Shown here piece by piece: positions 28,952-41,620 of a stretch of DNA of 64,000 bases; the stretch's first letter is position 1; the number at the start of each line of letters is the position of its first letter. Location of the stretch: the NCBI RefSeq assembly GCF_006345805.1, contig NC_043004.1:80786001-80850000 (forward strand), given 5' to 3'. The notes beneath the pieces were generated by a model. The model did not search any database and was not told where the DNA came from. It saw only the letters and a list, made by a program, of their open reading frames with translations. Both the position numbers and the translations under genes were made by a program. Origin of the DNA: Octopus sinensis. Lineage: Eukaryota.

Positions 28952-30407
28952 TTATATTTTGCGCTTGTCTGAAAAAAATGTCGCTGAGCTACGGGCGGTG
29001 ACTTATTGTTCTTTTCCTGCCACCAATTCGACTTTTGAAGACAAGGGGAGTAACAACTCCTTTAACTGGAAAAAACGAGAAAAAAAAAACACTGATTAAC
29101 ATTAGCGACAGGAAGAGCATCTGGATGTAGAAGTAATGTTTCAATAATATGTGTTTGTCTAACCCTTGCTAACATGAAAACAACGGACGTAAAACGAAAG
29201 AACAAAGAACGCTCTAGATTTGATAGCATGCAAGAAACAACACGTTGTGTCTTGGTTGGTTTTTCATTAACTTGAATACTTTACAGGAAGCATTTGTTTT
29301 GAGGGAATGGGTATCTGTGGCAGAGTTCCTCTTCCAGTCATTTTTTTATATTTTTCATCGCTCGCTCTCCAGATGCAGTATGACCGAATATTTAAGAAAT
29401 TCGCTTCGCAACGAATAAGTTCAAGTTCGATTCCACTGAATGGCATCTGGGGAGAAGGACATTTTTTTTCTAGCTTCTAATCATCCCATACCTTGTAAGG
29501 GGAAATGGATAGACGGAAACTGTAATGAAGCCCGTTGGATGAATTGTTCAGTAATTCAAAACGTACAACTGTCGTGCTGGTTCTGTATGAGAATCACATT
29601 AAGGCTATACACGTCTCTGTGGAGTACTCAGTCATTTACCATTTATGTGTTAATCCGAGAGCAGGTAATTTAATCGATTTAACAACTGAATCTTCGTCAT
29701 CAAACGACGAAGATCCACGACTATTTACCATCGCCATTTCGTTCTAACTTTGCTTGTGGCAGACAGAAGCAGCCATTCAGAATTTCCGTTTTAGTTTCTG
29801 TTGGATATATCTTTTACCAACGATTTCTCTTCTGTTTTCCCTCACCTCTCTAAAAAGCAAACTTCAGACAATAAACAAATGAGACGACAACAACCATAAA
29901 AATAATTAGTAACACACACAAAAATGTTTCTTTTTTACTTTTTAAATATCTTTAATAACCAAAGATAAAGCACTTACATGTAATGGTAGAGGGATTAACT
30001 CCTTGGTCAACCATATTCTTTATTAGGAAAACTTTGAAAATTCTTAAATAAATTTTGGATTGAATCAGAATTGTATATGATGAAGCGCAAACCAAAAATA
30101 ACAAATGTATAATTATATTTGTAAGAAATGAATAAAAAAAAACTTGCATTATTCTAAATTTGCATTACAATAGAATCGTCGAGAAAATTCCTTTTTCTTT
30201 TTTTGTTGTTTTTAAAAATATTTTTAAATCGTTTATTAACATAGGCACAGGTGACACATTTACTAAAATACTGCTACCTAACTTACCTGTCCTCGAATAG
30301 CTGAAAAATAAAAACCGAACTTCACAGAGCATGAAATCAGAATGTAAACGAACATAATTCAATACTACAAATTGTTCTTTTTCTTTAATACCCTGCTAAA
30401 TCTGACT

Positions 30408-30750
30408 TGAAGGCTCATGCCTTAACGGTTAGAGCGGCGGCTCACTGTCATGAGGTAGTGAGTTCGATTCCCAGATCAGGCTGTGCGTTGTGTTCTTGAG
30501 CAAGACACTTTATTTCACATTACTCCAGTTCACTCAGCTGTAGAGTTGAGTTGCGACGTCATTGGCGCCAAGATGTAATCGGCCCCTTTGCCTTTCCCTT
30601 GGATAACATCAGTGGCGTGGAGAGGGGAAATGAGTATGCATGGGCGACCGCTGGTCTTCCATAAATAACCTTGCCAGGACTTGTGCCTTGGAGCATAACT
30701 TTCTAGGTGTAATCCCATGGTCATTTTTGACCGAAGGGGGTCTTTACCCC
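30408..30750 (+). mobile_element. SINE family C
   Basis: tRNA-like head (GAGTTCGATTCC), TTCTTGAGCAAGACACTTTATTTCAC core; tail shared with 15985-16140. Confidence 0.82.
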
Positions 30751-31279
30751 CTTTTAATTCTCCCAGTGTCCCGTTTTTTGTCTTACATGTTTTAAAATCA
30801 AATCTACAATCTAGACCGAGTGTTCAGAAAAATTTTGTCCCAGCATACCTTTCCATTCTGTCTGGCAAATATCGGTGTACCCGTTGTGAAGAACATTATC
30901 TAAAATGTATTGATAACCTACAAAAGATAATAGATATATATTATTTATTAACCATTTAATTTAATATTCCATTTGTGAATAAGATGGATGAGCTTCAGTT
31001 TTTCCAGTGACTCGGTTTTTGACACATTTTTAAAGACACATTCTTATACCATTCTTAACCGACTGCCTTCCAAGAAATTTGTGTTTGGTTGAACATATTC
31101 CTGAAAAAAAAATCTTCATTACAACTGTGAATGGGTGGCGCCAGCAAATGACCGTTCACACCTGCTTTTAAAAGAAGAAAATTCACCATGGAACACCAGA
31201 GTTTTGATTCGGGAGTATCTCTTTGTGACCTGATCTTTGACCTTGGAAGCAGTAATATATTCTACAAATTCATCTTGTA

Positions 31280-31481
31280 CGAGGGGTTGCTGAAAAGTTC
31301 CTGGTTTTGGGTGAAATAAAATACAAGAGGATCAGTTAATTACGATTTTATTCCACATATTCCCCTCTCAGATCCACACATTTATTGCAGCAGTCCTTCA
31401 GTTTTTCTAAGTCCTATAAAAGAACTTGGAAGGCCTTCCGTGAGACCCGCTTGAAACCAGGAACGTTTCAGCACCCTCTCG
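31280..31481. mobile_element. Mariner-type MITE (202 bp)
   Basis: 25-bp TIRs CGAGGGGTTGCTGAAAAGTTCCTGG (22/25 match); TA on both sides (31278-79, 31482-83). Confidence 0.88.
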
Positions 31482-31484
31482 TAG

Positions 31485-32480
31485 ATCGTCTGGAATTGAT
31501 CTACAGTTTAATTCTAAATCAATTTTGGATGAGTTGATTATCCAAATAACTAGTGTCAGGAAAATGGGAATCTACTTCGACATGTCACTAAATAAAATAC
31601 TTCTAGACTACTACAGCGACTTCATTGTTGTCTGCTCCCAGCAGGGTAATATTCTCACTGATTTTCTCAAATATGTCGCAATCGTCTGCTTTCAATTTGT
31701 TTTTTTCCACAACTCTAGATTCATCTCGAATAATTTTGATTTATTGATGAAATCGTAAACAATAGCTAGGTTGTTTATAAATGCTTTGCTGAATGTATTA
31801 ATTCGTAAAAAAAACATCATCCATCTCGGACAGCTCTTCTCTCTTTTCATTGTCAGAAAGTCTATATATAAATTTCATTGCTTCGTTCTTCCGATTTCTC
31901 GTAAAGAATTTTCTGTTTCTCATTCATTATTTCAACTCGTATTACCACTTTAATTTCTGAAAGTAGTTTCGCCTCAGTGTGAAACAAGTTTCTCTTCTTC
32001 AGCATTTACCTCGTACTACAACAAACACACTATCCTTCCGTTCAAACAACTAACTTTAACAAAGTCCACTGTGCCTTCAGCATCATTGAGAACGAATCTG
32101 AGGGATGGATGCAGGGTCTTCGTACACAATGAATACCTGTGGGCCGTACAGTGCATTTGACAGTCTTGCAAATAAACCATATCAACAACCCACCGACCCG
32201 CTATGCAGGAGACCCATCACTTGTGCACCCAAATACCATTTTCCAACACCTTTTACAAATAAACTAGGAAGAATTTTCCTGTATCTTCCCAATTAATTGT
32301 ACTCTATAAAATGGTGGCAAACAAGAATTCGCAAGAATTCTTCATTAAAATTCGAATCATATATTTCTCCTATGTTTACAAGAAGCTGGAGATGACAGGT
32401 GAAATTTCTGTGGAACGATCTAATTGGACTGTAGACGCTCAAGCAACATCGCTGGTTTTCATAGGTGTCATATTGTAACA
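31485..32480 (-). pseudogene. hAT (Buster/Charlie-like) transposase remnant
   Basis: Degenerate motifs in the expected order on the minus strand: QLLV..EEFL, GCTSDGSPA, GIHCV, HTEAKLLS, NLAIVYDF. Confidence 0.65.
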
Positions 32481-32502
32481 TATATATATATATGTGTATA
32501 TA

Positions 32503-32558
<56 letters not shown>

Positions 32559-32652
32559 GTGTGTGTGTGTGTGTGTATTATTTTGTATTTTCCAAGATTA
32601 TTTGCTTATATTTATTAATTTATCTAATTAATTATTTTATTGTTTTTATCTT

Positions 32653-32756
32653 TAACCTGAAGAGTGGCTATATTTATATTGAAGCGATTTTACTACTACT
32701 ACTATTATTATTACTATTATCATTTCTTAAATATAGCCACGAAACACGTGTCGTTA
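32653..32756 (+). ncRNA. Type I hammerhead ribozyme motif, canonical core
   Basis: UAAC-CUGAAGA-[13-bp perfect stem II around a 51-nt loop]-GAAA-CACGUG-UC-GUUA; GUC triplet, predicted cleavage after 32752. Confidence 0.8.
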
Positions 32757-32916
32757 TTCTACCAAATATATAGGTTTTGTTTATTATTTTGCACTATACT
32801 TAATCATTGTTATATGTTTTATCTTATATTTAATCTTTCTATAATATGTAATTTTTCTAAATGGTATAATTTAATTTTTCATTATTGAATTAATAAAAGG
32901 TGGCTTTTTTCTAATT

Positions 32917-32972
<56 letters not shown>

Positions 32973-33055
32973 CATATATTATATTTTGTGAAATTTGATT
33001 TAGTATTTCTAAATTGAATTTTTCCCTGTAAGTTTGGAATAATATTCCCTCATGT

Positions 33056-33124
<69 letters not shown>

Positions 33125-33275
33125 ATGTGAAATAGAAAGATGAATAATCTTGTAGTAGATTAATCAAAAGTTTAACCGATACCTTAGTAGCAAAAATCAC
33201 AGCAGTGAACAGCACGGTTGGAGGTACAACCATCTGGCGTTGCAACCGTGCGTTGGTGCGGATAATTGAAATTAA

Positions 33276-33416
33276 AACATTATTGGTGAATTGAAGAAAT
33301 GGAGCTGAACGCAGATTGAACAGAAATCGTTTTATTCATTCTACACGTGTAGAATGAAATAAAACGATTCTGTTCAATCTGCGTTCAGCTCCATTTCTTC
33401 AATTCACAATAATGTT
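33276..33416. repeat. Near-perfect palindrome, ~70-bp arms, no spacer
   Basis: Centre CTACAC|GTGTAG at 33346/33347; arms differ by single-base indels. Confidence 0.92.
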
Positions 33417-33450
33417 ATATATATATATATATAATATATATATATATATG

Positions 33451-33690
33451 TGTGTGTGTGTATGTTATAGATAGATAGATAGCTAGATAGATAGATGTTA
33501 TACACGGAATAACCACATATATATATATGTATATATTTGTGTGTGTGTATGTTATAGATAGATAGATAGCTAGATAGATAGATGTTATACACGGAATAAC
33601 CACATATATATATATGTATATATTTGTGTGTGTGTATGTTTATAGATAGATAGACAGCTAGATAGATAGATGTTATACACGGAATAACCA
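33451..33690. repeat. Three tandem ~90-100 bp units ending GTTATACACGGAATAACCA
   Basis: Directly visible. Confidence 0.9.
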
Positions 33691-34409
33691 TGTTATATGA
33701 GCATTAACGATTGCCAGATAGTACTCGATACGCACTTTGCGAATATGAAACTTGAAGTAGCTCACGTATAACTCCTTAAATTCGTTAAATGAAATTATAT
33801 ATTTGTGTATGCCTGTGTGTTTGTTGTGTATGTGTTGTGTGTATGTATGTGTGTGTGTGAGTGCGCGTGTATGTATACATGTTGTATATTTTAATGTATA
33901 TCCTCTAGTATGCTAGATAGCCTTCGACTAACATAGTATCCTTTAACAGTGATGTAATATTCGGCTTCTTCAGAGCATTTTCCTCCAATATACAACCAAC
34001 ACTATATCCGTAACAAGACAAAAGCAGTGTCAGTGATTTTTTTCTTTTTTCTGTTTCCATTTTTCCAATTCTTAGGGCAACCATATAGATGACGCGTAGC
34101 TAAATTCCCTGTGTCTATAACACTTGCTTAATCTAGTCAAACCACATGTTTCGGATTAAATACCTCATTTTCAAAATCCGATTTCCTTTATCAGCTGGAT
34201 CAAAATGATTAGTTGAGAAATGGAGTTTCTAAAAGTTTGGCTTCATGGAATGGTTCAAGAGGGTTTTATGACACTCAACACGAAGCAGGAATTCTTCTCC
34301 TTCCCTTTTCTTTATGCTAATGAAACCACATCAGATGTAGAAATCACAATGTGACATTATATAATTAAGTTAATATTTTAGTAGTTTGCAGACTAAATAT
34401 ACAACACAT

Positions 34410-34525
34410 GGATATGGGACGTTTCGGCACAGCCGTTTTGTTGCCGCCTGTTTGGCATTTCTGATTAGACGCTGACTTACTTGACATCAGACATTTCGTC
34501 TCTGGGACATTTTGGCGCCGAGAAA
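34410..34525. mobile_element. Remnant rich in TTTTGGCGCC-type motifs; related sequence at 43085-43420
   Basis: Shared GCCGCCTGTTTG..TGATT.GACGCT.A.TTA.TTGA block; family not identified. Confidence 0.4.
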
Positions 34526-34596
34526 ACTTTGATTTTATTCTAGTTGACTAGAATTATTCTTTGTAAGCCTAGTACTTATTTTGTCGGTATCTTTGT

Positions 34597-34667
<71 letters not shown>

Positions 34668-34877
34668 GTTTGTGTGTCTGTGTCCTCCCCACTATCGTTT
34701 GACAACCGATGTTGGTTTGTTTACGTCCCGTAACTTAGCGCTTCGGCAAAAGAGACCGATAGAATAAGTACTAGGCTTACAAAGAACAAGTCCTGGGGTC
34801 GATTTGTTTCGACTGACGGTGGTGCTCCAGCATGGTCGCAGTCAAATGACTGAAACAAGTAAAAGGATAAAAGAAAA

Positions 34878-34915
<38 letters not shown>

Positions 34916-35252
34916 TATATATAGACACACACACACAAACATATATATGTGCATGCGTGTGTGTGTGTGTGTATTTATGTTTTAAGTTCTATTTACCCTC
35001 GTACTACGAAACCCACATGATTGTGTGTGTGTGCGTGTGTGTGTCCGTGTGCGTGTGCATGTATGTGTGTGTGTGTATGTAGCTAGAGAAGAATGAGAGA
35101 GGGGCGAGAGAGACAGAGTGAGAATGAAGCTGAAAATTAAACGTAGAAGTGATGACAAGAGAATTAATGAAGCATTCGCTAGAAATTTCTTCTTGCTTCA
35201 CACAAGAGGCTGTACTTTTCAAAGCAAATGTTCAAACATGCTTGCATACATA

Positions 35253-35287
<35 letters not shown>

Positions 35288-36209
35288 CAAGAGAGCAGTG
35301 GAAACTTTTAAGTCCCAGATTGTCGCAGTTGTTAATGAATGTTAGGCAGACACTGCCCAAAGTCAGTCTCGTCACCATTTTCGAAATGTTTACTTTGAGA
35401 AAAATAATACCTAAAAGACTTGATTCCACGAACAACGCCCTTATTAATCCAACCAATTTATAACGATTAATTCTATATATGTCCTTTAACCTGAGATGGA
35501 TTAAAAATATTTTTATTGTGTGATAGTAAAGAAGCTTTGAAGAGCGGATTGGCTCCAACTTTCACTGAAATCTGATATCGAGTTTATTGAGGGAATAATC
35601 ATTGTTGCACCCGGTCTTTTTTTCTTGTCTTTGTTTTTGCAGAATTACGTAATTCTTGACAAAAGTAAAGACATTGGGAGCTGGAGGCAGTGACTTCGGG
35701 CACAATGAGTACTTATGTCAAACGGTACATTGTTTTGAAGTCTTTTTATTTAAAATATGAAAAGGAATATATTTTAGAAAAGAAAACCAAAAATGGGTGG
35801 AAGGGCAGAAAGAAAAAAGACATCAATACAGCACCAAGTATTTCAATTGGTCGCTCATCACAAGGTTCAACAGAACCTGCTGAAACAAGCCAATGCGCTC
35901 GCGGCATTACCCCACGGGCAAAATCGAGCCTGATACTTCGGTAAAGCGAGCCGCCAACGATGACAAGAACTTCGTCGTTAGTGGCCCACTCCCTCCAAAC
36001 GTTTCAAACACCACAATGAAAAAGTTCTACAACTCACCAACCTAGCATACGGGAATTTCTCAGTTGCGCAGCCGACCATTGTTTCCCATGAAAAGCCTTA
36101 TATTCCAAAGACTATAAATACGACTTCATATATATCTGTGTCTTCCTCTTTTACTGTATTCTCCAAAAAGCTTCTAAAGAATTCTTTAAAATTAGAATCA
36201 TACGAATAT

Positions 36210-36895
36210 TTACAAGGAGCATCCAAATAGTTTCCTGACTTCTTCAGAAGCTACATTTATTAATTCCCAGGAAGTACAAAACGCTAATCTCTTTCGATAT
36301 AGAATTCTCTAACTTCAAAGCACTTGTTGTAGCGTTCTAGCTACTTCTTGAAGGCCCCATGAAAATCTTCTAAAGTAAAGGTACCCAGGACCTTTATCAC
36401 ACCTTCCTTCATTTTCTCCTCTAGCTTGGGAAATACCAAAAGTCACAGGGAACAAGGTCTGGACTACATGAAGGGCGAGGAACAGTTTTGATGTCCCTCT
36501 TTGTCAAGTACTTAGCAGGATGGAATTGTGAACTGGGGCATTGTCCTGGTGCAGGGACTCTGGGCTTTTATGATGAAATCTCTTCCGAATTCGCTGAAAA
36601 CCCCCACAAAGTATTCTGTTGACTGTCTGGCCAGAGGGAACCCAATAGACGTAGATGGTGTCGTTGCTGTCGAAAAAGTAGACCATCTTGAGATTCCTGG
36701 TGGACTCGCTTTGCCCGGACTCTTGCGCCAGTGTAAAACTGATATTCGGCTCATACAAGTTAATCCGAAAGCATTCTGGGGCATTTTATAGGTTTCCGTA
36801 GAGTTTCGTTCACTTTAACACAAAGCTTTATTGCGCAGCGAGCTTCCAAGCGTCCTGACTGCATTCTGCAAACTTGTCAGCTGTGACATACAATC
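36210..36895 (-). pseudogene. Internally deleted mariner remnant
   Basis: Minus translation HQDNAPVH and SPDLVPCDFWYF; shares blocks with 45817-46570. Confidence 0.8.
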
Positions 36896-37230
36896 CCACT
36901 GCATGGCAAGTGTCTTTTACTATAGCCTCGGTCCGACCAAAGCCTTGTGAGAGGATTTGGTAGACGGAAACTGAAAGAAGCCCGTCCTACATATATGTGC
37001 ATATGTGTGTGTGTGTATGTCTTTGTGTCTGTGTTTGTCGTCCACCACCACTTGATAACCGGTGTTGGTGTGTTTACGTGCTCTTAACTAAGCGGTTCGG
37101 CAAATAAAACCGATAGAATAAGTACCAGGCTGGTAAAAAAAAAAGGACTGGGGTAGATTCATTCGACTAAAAAATCTTCAGGACGGTGCTCCAGCATGGC
37201 TACAATTTAATGACTGAAACAAGAGAAAAC
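36895..37230 (+). mobile_element. SINE family D
   Basis: Core and tail match the family. Confidence 0.82.
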
Positions 37231-37284
37231 ATACATACATACATACATACATACATACATACATACATACATACATACATACAT

Positions 37285-37665
37285 GCATATGTACGTTAAT
37301 GATTTGGGATAGAGAAGAGAAACTGTGCACAGTTGTGGAAATTAGCAGCCCAGTGGATGTTAATATAAACCCGAAGACCAATGAAAAAGAGAACACCTAT
37401 GCTGAACGATTGAGAAATCTGCAGTTACTCTATCCAAATTACAAGTTCAGGTTTATACCTGTAATTATTGGGGACCTGGAATATGTAACACACTGTCTAA
37501 ATACCAATCTTGAGAAATTTGGCTTCTCAAAACCAGAAAGGAGAAAGCTAATTCGAAGACTACAGATCCAGTCCATCACCGGAACTGTAATAATCTGTAA
37601 AACTATCCAGAGGTTTATCATTTAAATATATGTCTAGATATGTAACTATATGCATGAGAATACAT
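37285..37665 (+). mobile_element. 3' end of an RLE-type LINE embedded in (CATA)n
   Basis: IWD...CTVVEISSP..N...K..EK...Y...LY..YKF.FIPVIIG, an RLE domain distinct from the 11263 element; (CATA)n on both sides. Confidence 0.8.
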
Positions 37666-37729
37666 ACATAAAACATACATACATACATACATACATACAT
37701 ACATACATACATACATACATACATACATA

Positions 37730-38150
37730 CATGCAGCTTCTATATCTAGACTTTGAATTCATATTCATACCAATAATAATTGGCGGTTTTGTTAGCAAAT
37801 ACTTAAAGGAGAATCTGGATAAACTGGGATTTTCAGAAAGAGAAATCGACCGGCTGATTCGTACATTACAAGTGCAATCTGTGAGTGGAACAGTAAAAAT
37901 ATGCAAAACTTTTCTCAAGTTCCAAATGTGAATTCGTTAGTGTTAACTACATCCCAAAGATGGAGCCTTGTATCTTTGTTGGAAACCGGTTCCCTCCTCA
38001 ATGGAAGATTTATAATAATTAAAAAATAGAAGAGACAAATACAAAAATACTCTGTAGTTGATGTTGAAATTCCAATGAAGGATCCCTGGATCTAGGTTAG
38101 AAACCGGTTCTTTCTCTATTGGCAAGAAACCTTGAAATAAAACTGATTAA
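37730..38150 (+). mobile_element. 3' end of a second related RLE-type LINE plus 3' UTR, in (CATA)n
   Basis: QLLY..FEFIFIPIIIG...LDKLGFS...LIR.LQVQSVSGTVKICKTFLKF aligns to the preceding fragment. Confidence 0.78.
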
Positions 38151-38245
38151 TCACACAACACACACACACACACAAACACACACATACACACACACGTAAA
38201 CGTACCTACATTATACATACATACATACATACATTCATACATACA

Positions 38246-38277
<32 letters not shown>

Positions 38278-39582
38278 AAGGCTTTCACGCAGTTTTCAGT
38301 TAGCAAATTCAGACATAAGGCCTAGGTCGGTTCAGAGCTATAATAGAAAACACTTGTGTGATGTACCGTGTATTGGGATTGAAACCGTAACCACACGGAC
38401 TTCTTGACTACATTATTTATGTATTTTTACATGACTTAACGGAAAAAAAAGAGAAATATCTCTGAACTTTGTCAAGGCCCCTGTGACTGGTTGGAGAAAG
38501 GCTGAAAGTTTTCGTCGGATCAGAGAACTGATCAGAATGCTTGCAACTGATTGGCCTCCGTTAAAGACACCCAACAGCCATATGGTGATGTTTAACCGAG
38601 CGACAGATTAAGTGACGTGGTACTTCATTGAAAGCGATCTTGTTAATCTCCCGTTGATGGACGCATCTTCTTAAGTGATAATACAGCTTATTAAGGAATG
38701 CATATTATTAAGAATTATGGATGCATCTTATTTTCGACTATTAAATAGATAAGAGAATCATGATTGAGTGAATATTTCCTCTTTATATAATGGAACGCCA
38801 GACCATATTAAATGTGTTCAGTAAGTGTATTGTTAACTTTCAAGTGCCGGTGTCGATACACATGGCTGAACATCGAGCGACTGCTTAAATGATACTCAAG
38901 CTTCGCTAACCAGAGCTGGTTGTTAACGGAAGAAAAGTCTTATTCACTTCTGATAACCGAAAAGAAGGAATTGATCCGATCACAACATTGGAAAACAGTG
39001 ATCCTCAAAATTTCTTAACTATAACGTTCTTTCTTTCGTAAAGAATTCTTTGGATGCCCCCTCGTAACGATTCAGCAAAATTCAATACACTGCATGTACA
39101 TAAGCACACACAGGTATATATGTATATATACAGGTATATAAGCCTTGTGGGTGGATTTGGTAGACAGAAGCACCCCCCCACACACACACACATATATATA
39201 TGATTGTGTGTCTGTGTTTGTTCCTCCACCATCGCTTGACAGCCGATGCTGGTGTGTTTACACCTCTATAACTTAGCAGTTCAGCAAAAGAGACCAATAG
39301 GATCATTATTTATTTCTTTATTGCCCACAAGAGGATAAACATAGAGGGGACAAACAAGGACAGGAAAAACGAATTCAGTCGATTACATTGACCCCAATGC
39401 GTAACTGGTACTTATTTAATCGACCCCGAAAGGATAAAAGGCAAAATCAGAACTTGAACTCAGACCGAAATACGGATAAGAATTTCGGCTCGGCGTGCTA
39501 ACGGTTCTGCCAGCTCGCCGCCTTATGCCATATGACCATTATTAATTATCAAGAGTATGGAGACTTGTTCAGTTACAAAATT

Positions 39583-39629
<47 letters not shown>

Positions 39630-39632
<3 letters not shown>

Positions 39633-39977
39633 TTTATCTTTTACTTGTTTCAGTCATTTGACTGCGGCCATGCTGGAGCACCACCTTAAAGGGGTTTTTT
39701 AGTCGAACAAATCGATCTCAGGACTTATTCTTTGTAAGCCTAGTACTTATTCTATTGGTCTCTGCTGTGGAAGCGCTAAGTTACGGGGATGTAAACACAC
39801 CAGCATCGGTCGTCAAGTGATGGTGTGGAGACAAACACGGACGCATATGCATATAGATGTACGAGGGCCTTCTTTGCTATAGTAGAAGACACTTGCCCAA
39901 GGTGTCACGTAGTGGGACTGAACTCGGAACCAACTGGCTGATAAACAATTTCTTACCACCTAGCCACGCTTGCGCTT
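39630..39977 (-). mobile_element. SINE family D, internally deleted
   Basis: Reverse head ending at 39977; tail at 39632-39840. Confidence 0.82.
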
Positions 39978-40057
39978 AAAAATATGGAACGCTTCATGAA
40001 TTTGCGTGCCATCCTCGCGCAGGCGCCATGATAATCTTCTCTGTATCGTTCCAATTT
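39978..40057 (-). pseudogene. U6: 5'-truncated U6 snRNA copy
   Basis: Minus strand AAATTGGAACGATACAGAGAAGATTA.CATGG..CCTGCGC.AGGATG.CACGCAAATTC.TGAAGCGTTCCATATTTTT, including the ACAGAGA box; about 5 mismatches to metazoan U6 as recalled; first ~25 nt absent. Confidence 0.93.
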
Positions 40058-40619
40058 CAATAGAATTTATAATGGGCCCTCTTTGTGGGGGTTATTATTT
40101 GATAAAATGAGAAGGGTGCAAGCGTAATAGTGCGAGGGAAATGTGGTGGCATAATGAGTGTGACTAATATCAGGGAAGGGGAGAACAGCGTTGTGTAAGC
40201 GACAAATATGGAGTGGTCGTGGGATGACAACGTTAATATAGCTGTCATTCAGGGATATACACGCGAAGCTGCATACATACTTTCGTAAATACATAGATAC
40301 GTGCATACACACACGGGGGCGCGCGCACGCACACTGCATACACACACACATGCACATCCACATGAGCAACTTTTAAAAGGCCGAGGAAGGGAAAAAAAGA
40401 TGGGTGTGAGGAATACGTAGCTTTAAGGAGAGAGGGGGTAGGTGGCTTTTTTGTTGTCCATCGCAAAGAAACACTCATACACAAACATATACACATACAT
40501 AGATGTATATACATACATACATATCTACGTACAAACATATATATATATATATATATATGTCTACTATACACCAGTTTAAAGTCGTGATTATCTGTGTGTA
40601 CGTTTGTAAATGTGTGTGT

Positions 40620-40895
40620 GTGTGTGTGTGCTTGTGTGTGTGTGTGTGTTTCAGTGTGTGTGCGTGTGGTTCAGTGTGTGTGTATGTACCTCAGTGTGTG
40701 TGTGTATGTGCTTCAGTGTGTGAGTGTATGTGCTTCAGTGTGTGTGTATGTGCTTCAGTGTGTCTGTGTGTGTATTTCAGTGTGTGTGTGTGTGGTTCAG
40801 TGTGTGTGTATGTGCCTCAGTGTGTGTGTATGTGCTTCAGTGTGTGTATGTGTATGTGCTTCAGTGTATGTGTGTGTTTGTGTGTGTGTGTGTGT
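40620..40895. repeat. Minisatellite, ~20-22 bp unit TTCAGTGTGTGTGTATGTGC
   Basis: About 11 TCAGTGT anchors within (TG)n. Confidence 0.88.
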
Positions 40896-41399
40896 GACGT
40901 CCTATAACTTTCTGTCTCCTTATATTTTTAGGGTCTTCTTTCTTGTTGTCACATACTGCAAAATTTTTAAATTACGCCAAAAATCTTCAGACTTGCTATA
41001 TATCGAAATAATTTTCTACGTTAAATCCGATTTTGTTATTTATATGTTTTCAGAGAAATTGCAGAAAAATGCTACTGGGGGTTAAAGTTCAATCAATTTT
41101 ACCTAATCGGAAAACAGGATTTCGATGCTGGCATACATAAGGCGCAGGAGTGGCTGTGTGGTAAGTAGCTTGCTTACCAACCACATGGTTGCGGTTTCAG
41201 TCCCACTGCATCGCACCGTGGGCAAGTGTCTTCTTACTATAGCCGCGGGCCGACCAAGGCCTTGTCAGTGGATTTGCTAGACGAAAACTGAAAGAAGCTC
41301 GTTGTATATATATATGTATATATATATATATATGTTTATATATATATATGTTTGTATATATAAGCACAGGACACTCTATCTCATATTATTCCAATCCAC

Positions 41400-41620
41400 T
41401 TAAGGCAGTGAACTAGCAGAGTCGTTAGCACGCAGGGCAAAATGCTTAGGGGTAATTTCGGCCGTCGCCACGTTCTGACTTCAAATTCCGCCGAGGTCGA
41501 CTTTGCCTTTCATCCTTTGGGGATCGATAAACTAAGTACCAGTGAAAGACTGAGGTCGATGTAATCGACTCGTCACCTCCCGCAATATTTGAGGCCCTGT
41601 GCCTCTAGTAGAAAGGATTA
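41400..41620 (+). mobile_element. SINE family B
   Basis: Head and core match the family. Confidence 0.85.

Noticed and set aside
29640-29851. Apparent ATG-containing minus-strand exon (MAMVNSRGSSSFDDED...)
   Set aside because: Most of the coding part aligns to the reverse of a diverged family C SINE tail, and its phase would create TGA with the downstream candidates.
35800-36050. Tc1-like N-terminal resemblance (RFNRT..RSR, VSNTTMKK)
   Set aside because: Too few residues match and no catalytic region or TIR was found.
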